This document shows, one piece after another, positions 1-9,509 of a stretch of DNA of 64,000 nt. This DNA is from Cellvibrionales bacterium (GTDB lineage: Bacteria > Pseudomonadota > Gammaproteobacteria > Pseudomonadales > UBA7239), in the NCBI GenBank assembly GCA_016713115.1, contig JADJPU010000001.1:1691762-1755761 (forward strand), read 5' to 3'. Within the stretch, counting starts at the first letter, position 1, and the number at the start of each line of letters is the position of its first letter. The notes below the pieces were generated by a model. It saw nothing but the letters and a program-made list of their open reading frames with translations. It ran no database searches and had not been told where the DNA came from. Made by a program: the position numbers and the translations under genes.

Positions 1-891
1 CATTTTCTTGAATAGAGCTTCGTCGGCACTTTCAACGCGAATACCATTAGTGCATGCCCAAGGTAAAGGTGTGCCTGCAGCAATAATGGCATCGCAGACC
101 TGTGTAGCCCATTCCTGATCAGATGTGAAAATATCATCAACAATTAAAGCTTCACGAAACCCAATAGAGGCAAGTTTCTTTAGTTCTGCTGCACAGCGTT
201 CAGGGGATTTTTTTCGATAGCCAAGTGCCATCGTCATTTTGCTGGCGCAGTAGTCGCACTTATAAACGCAGCCGCGTGAAAACTCTACACTGGCAATAGG
301 CGGGTGGCGAGCAAAAAGTCGTGAGCTATGTTTTTGGTAAATATCTTTGTTGTAAAGCTCCCATGCAGGCATGGGTAAATCATCAAGGTTAGCAATGGGT
401 GGCGCCATCCCTGTGAAGGTAATATTTTCATTGTTGCAGCGATAGTACAGCCCTTTGATGGTCTGTTCGGGCTTTCCATCGCAGTAGTCAGCAAAAGAAA
501 AATCTGCTTCGCCAACAAAAACTGCATCCAGTTTTGACTCCAACATAGACTCCATAGGAAGTGCCGAAATATGAGGTCCACCACCAACAACTTTAGCGAA
601 AGGAAGGATGTCTTTGACCAGAACACTGATGTCGCGCAGTTGGTTCATCAGAGGTGTGGTGGCGGTAATGCCAACAATATCTGGATTAAATGTTTCTAAT
701 TTCTCTTTAACGGTTAAGTAGCAGTAGGGGGTGTAGGATAGATCCAAGATACGGACATCGTGTCCTCGCTGTATGGCGCTGCCTGCAATTGTGGATAAGC
801 CAAGTGTGGGGAAAACAGGGTTGGCAATAGACCCTTTTGTGCCGCTATAGCTAGCAACATAAGATGGATTGATTAATAACACCTTGGCCAT
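1..891 (-). CDS. B12-binding-domain (class B) radical SAM protein, partial; C-terminal part lies outside the window
   Basis: Not in the ORF track because it runs off the window. I checked every plus-strand triplet from position 1 to 891 and found no minus-strand stop. It starts at ATG (889-891) and reads MAKVLLINPSYVAS...GHDVRILDL...DIVGITATTP...GGGPHISALP, a B12-binding-like N-terminus, followed by SRGCVYKCDYCAS (CxxxCxxC radical SAM cluster motif). Confidence 0.8.
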   Translation of the reverse strand, partial: MAKVLLINPSYVASYSGTKGSIANPVFPTLGLSTIAGSAIQRGHDVRILDLSYTPYCYLTVKEKLETFNPDIVGITATTPLMNQLRDISVLVKDILPFAKVVGGGPHISALPMESMLESKLDAVFVGEADFSFADYCDGKPEQTIKGLYYRCNNENITFTGMAPPIANLDDLPMPAWELYNKDIYQKHSSRLFARHPPIASVEFSRGCVYKCDYCASKMTMALGYRKKSPERCAAELKKLASIGFREALIVDDIFTSDQEWATQVCDAIIAAGTPLPWACTNGIRVESADEALFKKM

Positions 892-976
892 GAAATAGTC
901 TCAATAAACCTTTGGTTATTATTTGGAATGGCTTATATCGGTTTTAGTCTGTGCAATATGCACTAGTTCTACAGAT

Positions 977-2239
977 TTATCGATACACCGGATACTTCGC
1001 GCACAGCGCCGACACTTTGTCGCGCACGGCGGCAATCGTAGCTTCGGCATCACCTTTTTCCATCGCGTCGAAAATATCGCAAATCCAGTTGGCGAGTTCA
1101 CGGCACTCCGCTTCGCCAAAACCGCGCGTGGTGCAGGCCGGTGTGCCAATGCGGATGCCGGAGGTCACCATCGGTGGGCGCGGATCGTTGGGCACGGCGT
1201 TTTTATTGACGGTGATATGCGCTTGGCCGAGTGCTGCATCTGCTTCTTTGCCGGTGATGTTTTTGTCGATTAATGACAGCAAAAACAAATGGTTTTCTGT
1301 GCCGCCAGACACTACTTGGTAGCCGCGTGCGATCACGGTAGACGCCATGGCTTTAGCGTTGGCCAATACCTGTTGTTGATAGGTTTTGAAGGCTGGTTGT
1401 AGCGCTTCTTGGAAGCACACCGCTTTGGCGGCGATGACATGCATCAGCGGACCACCTTGTTGGCCTGGGAAAACGGCAGAGTTCAATTTCTTTTCCAGCT
1501 CTTCGTTTTTGCGCGCGAGAATCAAACCACCGCGCGGGCCGCGCAGCGTTTTGTGCGTGGTGGTGGTAACGACATCGGCAAATGGCACAGGGTTGGGATA
1601 AATGCCGGCGGCAACTAGGCCTGCGACATGCGCCATATCCACAAACAAATACGCGCCCACTTTGTCGGCAATTTCGCGGTAGCGTGGAAAATCCAGCACG
1701 CCGGAATAGGCAGAAAAGCCTGCGACGATCATTTTGGGTTTGTGTTCGATGGCGAGTTTTTCCATCGCATCGTAATCAATCAGACCAGTTTCTGGATTCA
1801 GACCGTATTGCACCGATTTATAAATCTTGCCGGAAAAATTCACGCCTGCGCCGTGCGTGAGATGGCCGCCGTGCGCGAGTGACATACCGAGCACCGTGTC
1901 ACCCGCTTGGCACAGCGCCATGTAAACAGCGGCGTTGGCTTGGCTGCCGGAGTGCGGCTGCACATTGGCGTAATCTGCGCCAAATAATTGCTTGGCGCGG
2001 TCGATGGCGAGTTGCTCTACCACATCCACATATTCGCAGCCGCCGTAGTAGCGTTTGCCTGGGTAGCCTTCGGCGTATTTGTTGGTCAGTTCGGAGCCTT
2101 GCGCGGCCATCACCGCAGGGCTGGCGTAGTTTTCAGAGGCGATCAATTCAATGTGGTCTTCCTGCCGTTTTTGCTCGCTTTGAATGGCGCTCCACAGGGC
2201 GGGATCAAACGAGGCGAGGGTGACATCTTTACTGAACAT
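977..2239 (-). CDS. glyA: serine hydroxymethyltransferase
   Basis: [38 protein letters not shown]... is full-length GlyA-like. GGAG lies 8 nt upstream of the ATG at 2239. The track ORF extends to 2323 and an alternative ATG is at 2245. Confidence 0.95.
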   Translation of the reverse strand: MFSKDVTLASFDPALWSAIQSEQKRQEDHIELIASENYASPAVMAAQGSELTNKYAEGYPGKRYYGGCEYVDVVEQLAIDRAKQLFGADYANVQPHSGSQANAAVYMALCQAGDTVLGMSLAHGGHLTHGAGVNFSGKIYKSVQYGLNPETGLIDYDAMEKLAIEHKPKMIVAGFSAYSGVLDFPRYREIADKVGAYLFVDMAHVAGLVAAGIYPNPVPFADVVTTTTHKTLRGPRGGLILARKNEELEKKLNSAVFPGQQGGPLMHVIAAKAVCFQEALQPAFKTYQQQVLANAKAMASTVIARGYQVVSGGTENHLFLLSLIDKNITGKEADAALGQAHITVNKNAVPNDPRPPMVTSGIRIGTPACTTRGFGEAECRELANWICDIFDAMEKGDAEATIAAVRDKVSALCAKYPVYR

Positions 2240-2356
2240 GGTCATGGCTCCAAAACGGTAATGCGGTGGAAAAAACGATGCCGCATTGTACACGAGGGGT
2301 CGCTTTCGGCAGAATGCCAGCAACCCTTTGCGCCCTGCCGTTATCGCTGTTTGCTT

Positions 2357-2608
2357 ATGTCAGATTCGTTAAGCCCCGATCATTCCATTGATGCGCGCCG
2401 TTTGTATTGCCCAGAGCCGGTGATGCTGCTGCACAAAGCCGTGCGTGAAGTGTTGGCAGGGCAGTTGATTGAAATGTGGGCGACCGACCCTTCTACCACG
2501 CGCGATGTGCCAAAGTTTTGTCATTTTTTGGGGCATGAATTGTTGGTGCAAACGCAGGAAGGCGAGTTGTATCGCTATGTCATTCGCAAAATCGTAAAAG
2601 AGGTTTGA
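2357..2608 (+). CDS. tusA: sulfur carrier protein TusA (SirA family)
   Basis: The 83-aa product is colinear with E. coli TusA: [20 protein letters not shown] (CPxP active site), [19 protein letters not shown]. The upstream part of track ORF 1988..2608 is antisense to glyA. Confidence 0.9.
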   Translation: MSDSLSPDHSIDARRLYCPEPVMLLHKAVREVLAGQLIEMWATDPSTTRDVPKFCHFLGHELLVQTQEGELYRYVIRKIVKEV

Positions 2609-2609
2609 A

Positions 2610-2993
2610 ATGCGTTTATTGCACACTATGTTGCGCGTGACCGATTTGCCGCGCTCAATTACTTTTTACACCGATGTGTTGGGAATGTCCTTGTTGCGTC
2701 AGCAAGATTATCCCGACGGGCAATTCACTTTGGCATTTCTCGGCTACGGCAGCGAAGCAGAAAACACCGTGATTGAACTCACCTATAACTGGGGTGTGCA
2801 CAGTTATGAATTGGGAACGGCTTACGGGCATATCGCGCTAGAAGTGGATGATGTGCAGGCAGCGGTGGATGCTATGCGTGCTAAGGGCGCCAAGATTTTG
2901 CGCGAACCGGGGCCGATGAAAGCAGGTACAACGGTGTTGGCATTTTTGGAAGATCCTGATGGCTACCGCATAGAGTTATTGGCAAAACATTAA
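2610..2993 (+). CDS. gloA: lactoylglutathione lyase (glyoxalase I)
   Basis: [31 protein letters not shown]....VIELTYNWG...[10 protein letters not shown]...[10 protein letters not shown] is typical GloA. The start is 2 nt after the tusA stop. Confidence 0.93.
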   Translation: MRLLHTMLRVTDLPRSITFYTDVLGMSLLRQQDYPDGQFTLAFLGYGSEAENTVIELTYNWGVHSYELGTAYGHIALEVDDVQAAVDAMRAKGAKILREPGPMKAGTTVLAFLEDPDGYRIELLAKH

Positions 2994-3017
2994 AAATAAA
3001 ACAATCAGGAGTGAATA

Positions 3018-3716
3018 ATGAGCGCAACACCTAACAATCAACATGGCTCGTTGGAAACAGCCGTTGCTGGTCAATACGATTTCACCATTGGCGAAGTGTT
3101 GTCGGAAGCTTGGGCGAGGATTGATGGCTACAAGTTGCCATATGCCATCATCACTTCTGTGTACTTTCTTGTTTATTTTATTGCGTTGGTTTTGGTGATT
3201 GCAGGGTTGGGTGAAGAAGAGAGCGCACGCGCACAAGCCGTTATTCAGTTATTGAGTTTTGCCATGATGCCGATGAGTGCTGCGCTCACAATGATGGGTC
3301 TTCACATGGCCATGGGAAGACCGATTACTGTTAAACAGTTGTTTGCTTATTACAACAGCAAAGGTTTGGCGATTATCGGTTTACAAATTGTCATGATGAT
3401 GGCCATCGTATTAGGTTTGTTGTTGTTTATTATCCCCGGTATTTATTTGTCGATTGCTTTGATGTTTGCAGTGCCGCTGATGTTGGAAAAAAATCTCTCC
3501 ATCATCGATGCCTTTGAAGCATCGCGCAAAGCTGTAACGCACCACTGGTTCAAACTGTTTGGCCTGTTATTTGTGATGGGATTAATTCTGTTTTTGTCGA
3601 TGTTGCCCTTGGGAATCGGTTTAATCTGGACTATGCCGATGATGATGGCGGTGATCGGTGTGTTGTATCGCCGGATGTTCGGTATCAGTGAGCAGGCTGA
3701 TAGCTTATTGCTGTGA
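3018..3716 (+). CDS. polytopic inner-membrane protein of unknown function (DUF975/YciC-like, by recollection)
   Basis: 232 aa with about 5-6 hydrophobic segments, the motif IIPGIYLSIALMFAVPLMLE, and a GGAG-containing RBS (caggagtg) upstream. The family assignment is tentative. Confidence 0.6.
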   Translation: MSATPNNQHGSLETAVAGQYDFTIGEVLSEAWARIDGYKLPYAIITSVYFLVYFIALVLVIAGLGEEESARAQAVIQLLSFAMMPMSAALTMMGLHMAMGRPITVKQLFAYYNSKGLAIIGLQIVMMMAIVLGLLLFIIPGIYLSIALMFAVPLMLEKNLSIIDAFEASRKAVTHHWFKLFGLLFVMGLILFLSMLPLGIGLIWTMPMMMAVIGVLYRRMFGISEQADSLLL

Positions 3717-4193
3717 TAAATAATTGTCGTTGGTTGTGTGCGGTTTGGAAGGTGATTTCATCGTCGAGTTGCTTGCCAGGCGCCGCGCGCGCCAAGGGGG
3801 TGAATCCATGCTGATCCAATTTTTCGCTGGGTCAATTTCATCGGGCCCTACAATGCGGTAGCACGCCTCATTGCCGTCTTCGTCTTCCACCGTAATCCAC
3901 GCGCCAAAAAATACTTTGTGTTGTTGATCTGGGATGCGATCCACCACAGTGAGTGTTTCCAAGCGTTTGCTCAAATAGCGCACGCGACTGTCAATTTCAC
4001 GCAAGCGGCGTTTGCCGTAAATGTAATCCCCGTTTTCTGAGCGGTCGCCGTTTTTTGCCGCTTCGTGTACAGCGGCAGTCACCTGCGGTCTTTCCACTTT
4101 CCATAATTGATGCAATTCAGCGCGCAGCGCCGCAGCGCCTTCTGCCGTGATGTAGGCGGAGCCTTTGGGTGTTGGCGGTCGATAGCGTCCCAT
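3685..4193 (-). CDS. greB: transcript cleavage factor GreB, interrupted by an apparent frameshift at a C5/G5 run (3796-3800)
   Basis: The N-terminus and core are GreB-like (SAYITAEGAAALRAELHQLW...DRSENGDYIYGKRRLREIDSRVRYL...YRIVGPDEIDP..NWISMDSP). Track ORF 3705..4193 then ends in the non-homologous PWRARRLASNSTMK... The adjacent frame reads LARAAPGKQLDDEITFQTAHNQRQLFITAISYQPAH* and ends at 3685. Confidence 0.85.
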
Positions 4194-4335
4194 GATGGGT
4201 GTCCGATTTCTAGAGCAAGCTCATTACTGTGAGGCCTAAAGCACAAGAAAGTTGCGTTGACTGTCTGTATGCAAAAAATGATGGCTCGTGGTGCGAGATG
4301 GTTGTGTGTGACAAGTGATCTAACTTGCCACGAAT

Positions 4336-4596
4336 TCACTTTGCTTGGAGTGGAAACCGCTCAGGGTTCCTAATGATTTCTAAGGTTAGATCCACGTCAA
4401 TCTCTGGCCAGTACAGATGACCATTTGATGACTCTTGTACGAAAAGAATAGATTTTAATGGTTGCTCTTTGAACCAAGGGAAATCTTGGTAAGACATAAA
4501 CAACTCTTCGCCTTGAGAAAAAATCCAAATGCCATGACTAGAGATGTGGGTTACTTCAGCCGCCGAAGTGCTCTTTCCAAGCGCTAATGAACTCAT
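4336..4596 (-). CDS. DUF2442 domain protein
   Basis: 86 aa from ATG 4596 (MSSLALGK...). The segment GIWIFSQGEELFMSYQDFPWFKEQ...GHLYWPEIDVDLTLEII matches the DUF2442 pattern. It overlaps the upstream DUF4160 gene by 41 nt. Confidence 0.7.
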   Translation of the reverse strand: MSSLALGKSTSAAEVTHISSHGIWIFSQGEELFMSYQDFPWFKEQPLKSILFVQESSNGHLYWPEIDVDLTLEIIRNPERFPLQAK

Positions 4597-4795
4597 GGTT
4601 ATGTGCCTCAATAACTGTTTCAATTTCACGAAGTTGAACGCGGCTCAAGTTAAAATTTTTTGCCAACTCAATCTCCGGCTCTAACCAAAATTTAGCTTCG
4701 CCGGACTCACACATGACATGCACATGTATTCTTGACTCTTCTCTGGAAAAGAAGAAGAAACGATAGCCTTTCTCTCGGTGGATAGTTGGGCTCAT
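4556..4795 (-). CDS. DUF4160 domain protein
   Basis: 79 aa. MSPTIHREKGYRFFFFSREESRIHVHV...GEAKFWLEPEIELAKNFNLS is the typical DUF4160 N-terminus. The region is AT-richer than its flanks. Confidence 0.75.
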   Translation of the reverse strand: MSPTIHREKGYRFFFFSREESRIHVHVMCESGEAKFWLEPEIELAKNFNLSRVQLREIETVIEAHNHEFISAWKEHFGG

Positions 4796-4888
4796 GTCTC
4801 CTGCGCCTTATGCAACATGCAGTGTCAATCAAGATAGCATACCGGCCTATACGGTGGTATCTATGCCAGTGGTGCCGCTTACTTTTGT

Positions 4889-5218
4889 TTAACCACCAGC
4901 CAACTTCACTTTAAAGCCGCGCTTTTCTAACTCGGCTTTCAGGTTTTCGCGCTGGTCGCCTTGAATTTCAATCGTCCATTCTTTTACCGTGCCGCCGGTG
5001 CCGCACAGTTGTTTCAATTGTTTGGCGAGTATTTGTAATTCAGCAGCAGGCAACTCAAAGCCGGTAAGTGTGGTCACGCCTTTGCCGTTGCGCCCAGCGG
5101 TTTCGCGGCGTATGCGAATAAAGCCGTCACCTTTAGGCGGCAAAGTGGGCAGCGGGTCGATGGATTTGATGCGACCTGCATCGGTGGAGTAAACCAGTTT
5201 GCTGTCTTTTTTGCTCAT
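4889..5218 (-). CDS. yciH: SUI1/eIF1-family translation initiation factor-like protein YciH
   Basis: Colinear with E. coli YciH: LVYSTDAGRI...PKGDGFIRIRRETAGRNGKGVTTLTG...LKQLCGTGGTVK...IEIQGDQRE...GFKVKLAGG. Confidence 0.9.
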   Translation of the reverse strand: MSKKDSKLVYSTDAGRIKSIDPLPTLPPKGDGFIRIRRETAGRNGKGVTTLTGFELPAAELQILAKQLKQLCGTGGTVKEWTIEIQGDQRENLKAELEKRGFKVKLAGG

Positions 5219-6201
5219 GAGTTTTCTTCAATCGTGATGGCGATTTTTCCAAAATGTGTACGGTTTTGCATGCGTTGATGCGCTGTTTCCACCTGTTGGA
5301 AATCAAATGTGCTGTCGATGATAGGGCGAAACGCGCCGCTGGCTATCCACGGCCAAGCGCGCTGACGAATATCGCTCACGATAGCGGCTTTTTGTGCAGC
5401 AGATTGCGCGCGCAGCGTGGAGCCGGTGATGGTTAAACGCTTCATCATCATTGCGGCAAGATTGATTTCACTTTTGCTGCCGTTCAGTACGGCGATGTTG
5501 ACGATACGCCCATCCACTGCCGCGAGTTTGATGTGCTGTGCCAGCGCAGCGTCGCCAAGGATATCCAGCGTGACATCCACGCCGTGTTTTTGTGTGGCAT
5601 CCAATAATTGTTCCGTGAGATTTTCGTGGTGGTAATCAAAAGCTTTTTCTGCACCTAAAGTGACACAGCGCACACACTTTTCTGCGCTGCCGGCGGTGGT
5701 GAAAACGCGCGCACCAGCGAGTGTGGCAAGTTGGATGGCGGTGGTGCCTATGCCGCTGCTGCCTGCTTGAATTAAAACGGTTTCGCCTGCTTGTAATTTC
5801 CCGCGTTGCAATAAGTTGTGCCAAACCGTAATAAAAGATTCGGGCAAACAGGCGGCTTCTGCCGCGCTGTAGTTGTCTGGCCAAGGCAAGCACTGTGTTG
5901 TGGGTGCAAAGCAGTAATTGCTATAGCCGCCGCCGTTAACTAGTGCGCAGACGCGATCACCTGCGCGCCATTGCTGCACGGATTTTCCAGAGGCAATGAC
6001 GGTGCCAGCCACTTCCAAACCGAGTATGGGCGAAGCATCAGCTGGTGCAGGATACAGCCCTGCTTTTTGCAATAAATCAGGGCGATTGATGCCGAAAGCA
6101 GCCACGGCAATCAGCACTTCATCGTCACCAATATTGCGCAGTGTTTGTTCTGCAATTTGCAGGGATTGATTGGGTAGATGTTGGATAAAACGCTGTTTCA
6201 T
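5215..6201 (-). CDS. NAD(P)H:quinone oxidoreductase, zinc-independent MDR family (Qor/PIG3-like)
   Basis: 328 aa with GINRPDLLQKAGLYP and AGSSGIGTTAIQLA (nucleotide-binding GxxGxG). There are 4-nt ATGA-type overlaps with both neighbouring genes. Confidence 0.85.
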   Translation of the reverse strand: MKQRFIQHLPNQSLQIAEQTLRNIGDDEVLIAVAAFGINRPDLLQKAGLYPAPADASPILGLEVAGTVIASGKSVQQWRAGDRVCALVNGGGYSNYCFAPTTQCLPWPDNYSAAEAACLPESFITVWHNLLQRGKLQAGETVLIQAGSSGIGTTAIQLATLAGARVFTTAGSAEKCVRCVTLGAEKAFDYHHENLTEQLLDATQKHGVDVTLDILGDAALAQHIKLAAVDGRIVNIAVLNGSKSEINLAAMMMKRLTITGSTLRAQSAAQKAAIVSDIRQRAWPWIASGAFRPIIDSTFDFQQVETAHQRMQNRTHFGKIAITIEENS

Positions 6202-8136
6202 GCAGCAGTTTGTTGCGCGGCAATCGGTGGAATAGGTGCGTCCAGTGTGTCGGCCACCGCGCGCAGCAATTCTATGGCTTCTGCGCTGTATTGTTGCTGC
6301 TCGTCTGCAATGGCGGCGCAGCAGGCTTTTAACAGGCGAGGTTTTGCCAAGGCTTGCAAACCGCGTAATTGTTGCACGGCTTGATCGAGCGCGCTGATGT
6401 TTGACAACACAGCTAGATCACAAGCGGCAGCAGGTAGGCCGAGTTGCTGCCAAGCGGTGTTGAAAAAAGTTGGTGCAGTCTCCTGTGTGTGAGTGGCCAA
6501 ACTCAAAGCCGATAACACTGTGCGACAACTATTTTGCGTTGCTGCTAAAGAGTGTGAACTGCTGGCGTATTTTTGTGCGTCGAGTGATTGCCGCAAAATT
6601 CGATACAACGACCATTCAAATAATGAGATGTGTTGATCGGCATTGATTTGTGTGATGACAGCTTGCAGAAATTGCTCGCGCTGCTCGGTGCCTAATAATT
6701 TCAAGCTGGGCAGACACAAATCTAACAAGGGCAGACGCAATTTGTAAGGCAATTGTTTTACGGGTTCGGCAATTTTTTCACAGAGAGTAAAAACACTGCC
6801 TTGCGTATTTTTTTGTAAAACAGCAAACGCGTGTGCGTTGTCTAGTGTGTGGCGCTCTAGCAGCAAGCAGTGAGCAATGGCGCTGGCCCCCCAAGATTCT
6901 CGCGCCAGTTTTTGTAAATCTTCGGGTATGTCGATCAGACGCTGTTTGGCTTCGCGCAAATGTTCTGGTTGCGGTGCGCCGATGCTGTTCTAAAGCGGCA
7001 GCGATGCTGACTGCGGCAATGCTAGCTGGTGTTACAGAGGGAGGCGTGTATTGAATTTCACCGTTCACGATTTGTACGCGCGATGGATCGATAGCAGGTT
7101 TATCAACAACGATGGAGTTGGCATCAATAGCAGTAAATTCACCATCCCAGCGCGCATCAATAGCGCGGATGCGGTCTTCCAGCGGCGGGTGCGTGGCAAA
7201 CATCGAGGTGAGCGCATTGATGCCTTCGCCAAAAAATAAATGGCTGGCCTGCGGGGCATTGGGGTGTGTGATAAAAGAACCGGAAGCGTAGCCCCCGATT
7301 TTTTTTAACGCACCAGCAATGCCTTCTGGATTGCGTGTGTATTGCACGGCAGAAGCATCGGCAAGAAATTCACGCTGACGACTGATCGCTGCCTTAATTA
7401 ATTTCCCAAAAAAAGTACCGACATAGCCGATAATGATGAAACCCAAACCGAGCATAGCTACACCGGAAGTGCCTTTGTTGTTGCGGCTGTAACGGCGGCT
7501 GTTGCTGCTGCTATCGAGTAAAAAGCGCCCGATCAAGCCGATAAATAAAATGCCGAACAGCCAGCCCATCAGTTGTAAATTGATGCGTATGTCGCCGTTA
7601 AAAATATGGCTGAATTCGTGCGCGACTACGCCTTGCAATTCGTCGCGCGACAGCAGTTGAATCGCGCCGCGTGTGATGCCGATGGCGACATCGTGATGAT
7701 CGTGGCCGGCGGCAAAGGCATTGATAGATGGCTCCTCCAAAATGTACACGGGAGGAACAGGCACGCCGGATGCAATAGCCATTTCTTCGACGACATTAAG
7801 AATTTTTCTTTCATGCAGGTCGCTGCTGGCGCGTTCCAATAATTTCCCACCGAGCAGGGTGGCGACAGCCGCGCCGCCGGTGCGCAACTGCCGCATTTTG
7901 TATAGCGAAGCCAAGCCGACAACCACAGCAATAGCGACAGCGATTTCTGCCATCAGCACCCAGTCTTGCGCGAAGGGCAAACTGTTTTGTGCGGTGCTTG
8001 TACTGTTGCTGTAGCCAATGACAAACAGTACCAGCAGTTGCGTCAAGCCAATCAAACCGATAACGGCCAGTGCAAACAACAGCACTAGCCATCCGGTGTG
8101 ACGCTTGGCGTTTGCCTGCGATTGAAAATAATTCAT
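6198..8136 (-). CDS. M48-family (HtpX-like) membrane metalloprotease with long C-terminal helical domain; split into two frames by an apparent frameshift near 6960-6990
   Basis: Track ORF 6778..8136 has 2 N-terminal TM segments, VVAHEFSHIFNGD (HExxH) and further TM segments. After ...SIAAALEQH it becomes Arg-rich nonsense. Frame +1 opens right after a TAG at 6990-6992 and reads NSIGAPQPEHLREAKQRLIDIPEDLQKLARESWGA... for 250+ aa down to 6198 (track ORF 6198..6959). Confidence 0.6.
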
Positions 8137-8730
8137 TTAGAAACTGACTTTCGGTGCCGCTTGAATCGCCGGACGGTCTTCAAATTCCAACAGCGCCATG
8201 TCTTTGGTGTGACCAAAAAAACCAGCCAAGAAATTGGCGGGGAAGGATTGGCGCGCCGTGTTGTATTCGGTGGCGGAATCGTTCATGGCTTGTCGTGCAA
8301 AAGACACTTTGTTTTCGGTGCTGGTCAGTTCTTCAGACAACTGCATCATATTTTGATTGGCTTTGAGATCGGGGTAGGCCTCCATGGTGACATTAAATCT
8401 GCCCAGTGCGCCGCCCAGTTGTGTTTCAGCGTGACCGAGATTGGTGATGGCACTCGCATCCGCTGGGTTGGAGGAAGCCGTTTGTAATTGTTTCGATGCT
8501 GTGTTGCGCGCTTCTATCACCGCTTCCAAAGTTTTGCTTTCGTGCGCCATATAGGCTTTGGCGGTTTCCACCAGGTTGGGAATCAAGTCGTAGCGCCTTT
8601 TTAATTGCACATCGATTTGTGCAAACGCGTTTTGATAGCGATTTTTTAAATTGACGAGCTTGTTGAACAAAGAAATCAGATAAAACGCGATCACCGCGAG
8701 AACAATTAAGGTAATCAATCCGCTGCCCAT
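8137..8730 (-). CDS. lemA: LemA family protein
   Basis: 197 aa with an N-terminal TM segment, then FNKLVNLKNRYQNAFAQIDVQLKRRYDLIPNLVETAK, the LemA signature. Its stop abuts the start of the M48 gene. Confidence 0.9.
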   Translation of the reverse strand: MGSGLITLIVLAVIAFYLISLFNKLVNLKNRYQNAFAQIDVQLKRRYDLIPNLVETAKAYMAHESKTLEAVIEARNTASKQLQTASSNPADASAITNLGHAETQLGGALGRFNVTMEAYPDLKANQNMMQLSEELTSTENKVSFARQAMNDSATEYNTARQSFPANFLAGFFGHTKDMALLEFEDRPAIQAAPKVSF

Positions 8731-8756
8731 GATGAGCCTCCGTGTGAGTAGTGGGG

Positions 8757-9506
8757 TTACTGCCAGTCGAAGCGCTGTCCAATCAGAGAGAACAGGGTTT
8801 CGTTGTGTGGCTGGTAGTACTGTAGCAAAGATTGCCGCACGACTTGATCGGCTTGGCCATAGTTGCCGGGTTTGCGTGGAAACAGGTCAGTTGGTTGAAA
8901 CGCGGAATCGACGCCCAAAAAACGGTACAGCTGCGCCAATACGGTAAGCGGCTCTTGGAAAAAAGATTCGCTGCTAAAAATGGCTATTTGTTCGCGCGGA
9001 AAGCGTTGCAAAAAAGGCTGTAGTTGTTGGGCGTAGTGACCGCGCTCGCGGTAGCTAAAACGCTGCGCTGCGCTGTGAGTGAGTAACTTGCCGGCGGCCA
9101 GCGCCGACCAATCACTCTGTGTGCGTTCTTCTTCGGCTGCCAAAGCTTCTGGCAGCGTGAGCAAGTCATGTTGGCGACGAAACTCCTGGTGGTAGTGGGA
9201 GATGGCGCGGTCGGCGGGGTTGCGCAGCAGCACCAGCAATTTCACCTGCGGGCAGTGTTCGGCGATGCGCTGAGCAGCCAGCGGGTGTGCCATGTAAAAA
9301 GGCGAGGCTTCGCCGGTGATTTGTTCGGCGGCGCAGGTTGGGAACTGGCGCAAGTACCAAGCCTGTCCGCGGCCGTAATGCTGATCAAAAAAATGCACTT
9401 CCTTGCGGGCAGCGCGCAGTATTTGCGGGTGTTGAGTGAGGGCGCTGTAAAGACTGGAGGTGCCGCCTTTCTGGGTGCCAATAATCAGAAAGTGAGGAGC
9501 TTGCAT
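8757..9506 (-). CDS. sulfotransferase-domain protein (PAPS-dependent type)
   Basis: 249 aa. HFLIIGTQKGGTSSLY is a 5'-PSB loop-like motif, and VLLRNPADRAISHY is a 3'-PB-like motif. Confidence 0.75.
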   Translation of the reverse strand: MQAPHFLIIGTQKGGTSSLYSALTQHPQILRAARKEVHFFDQHYGRGQAWYLRQFPTCAAEQITGEASPFYMAHPLAAQRIAEHCPQVKLLVLLRNPADRAISHYHQEFRRQHDLLTLPEALAAEEERTQSDWSALAAGKLLTHSAAQRFSYRERGHYAQQLQPFLQRFPREQIAIFSSESFFQEPLTVLAQLYRFLGVDSAFQPTDLFPRKPGNYGQADQVVRQSLLQYYQPHNETLFSLIGQRFDWQ

Positions 9507-9509
9507 GGT

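Noticed and set aside
1988-2356. Long upstream extension of the tusA ORF (track 1988..2608)
   Set aside because: The first about 120 codons are antisense to glyA. TusA homology starts at [10 protein letters not shown] (2357).
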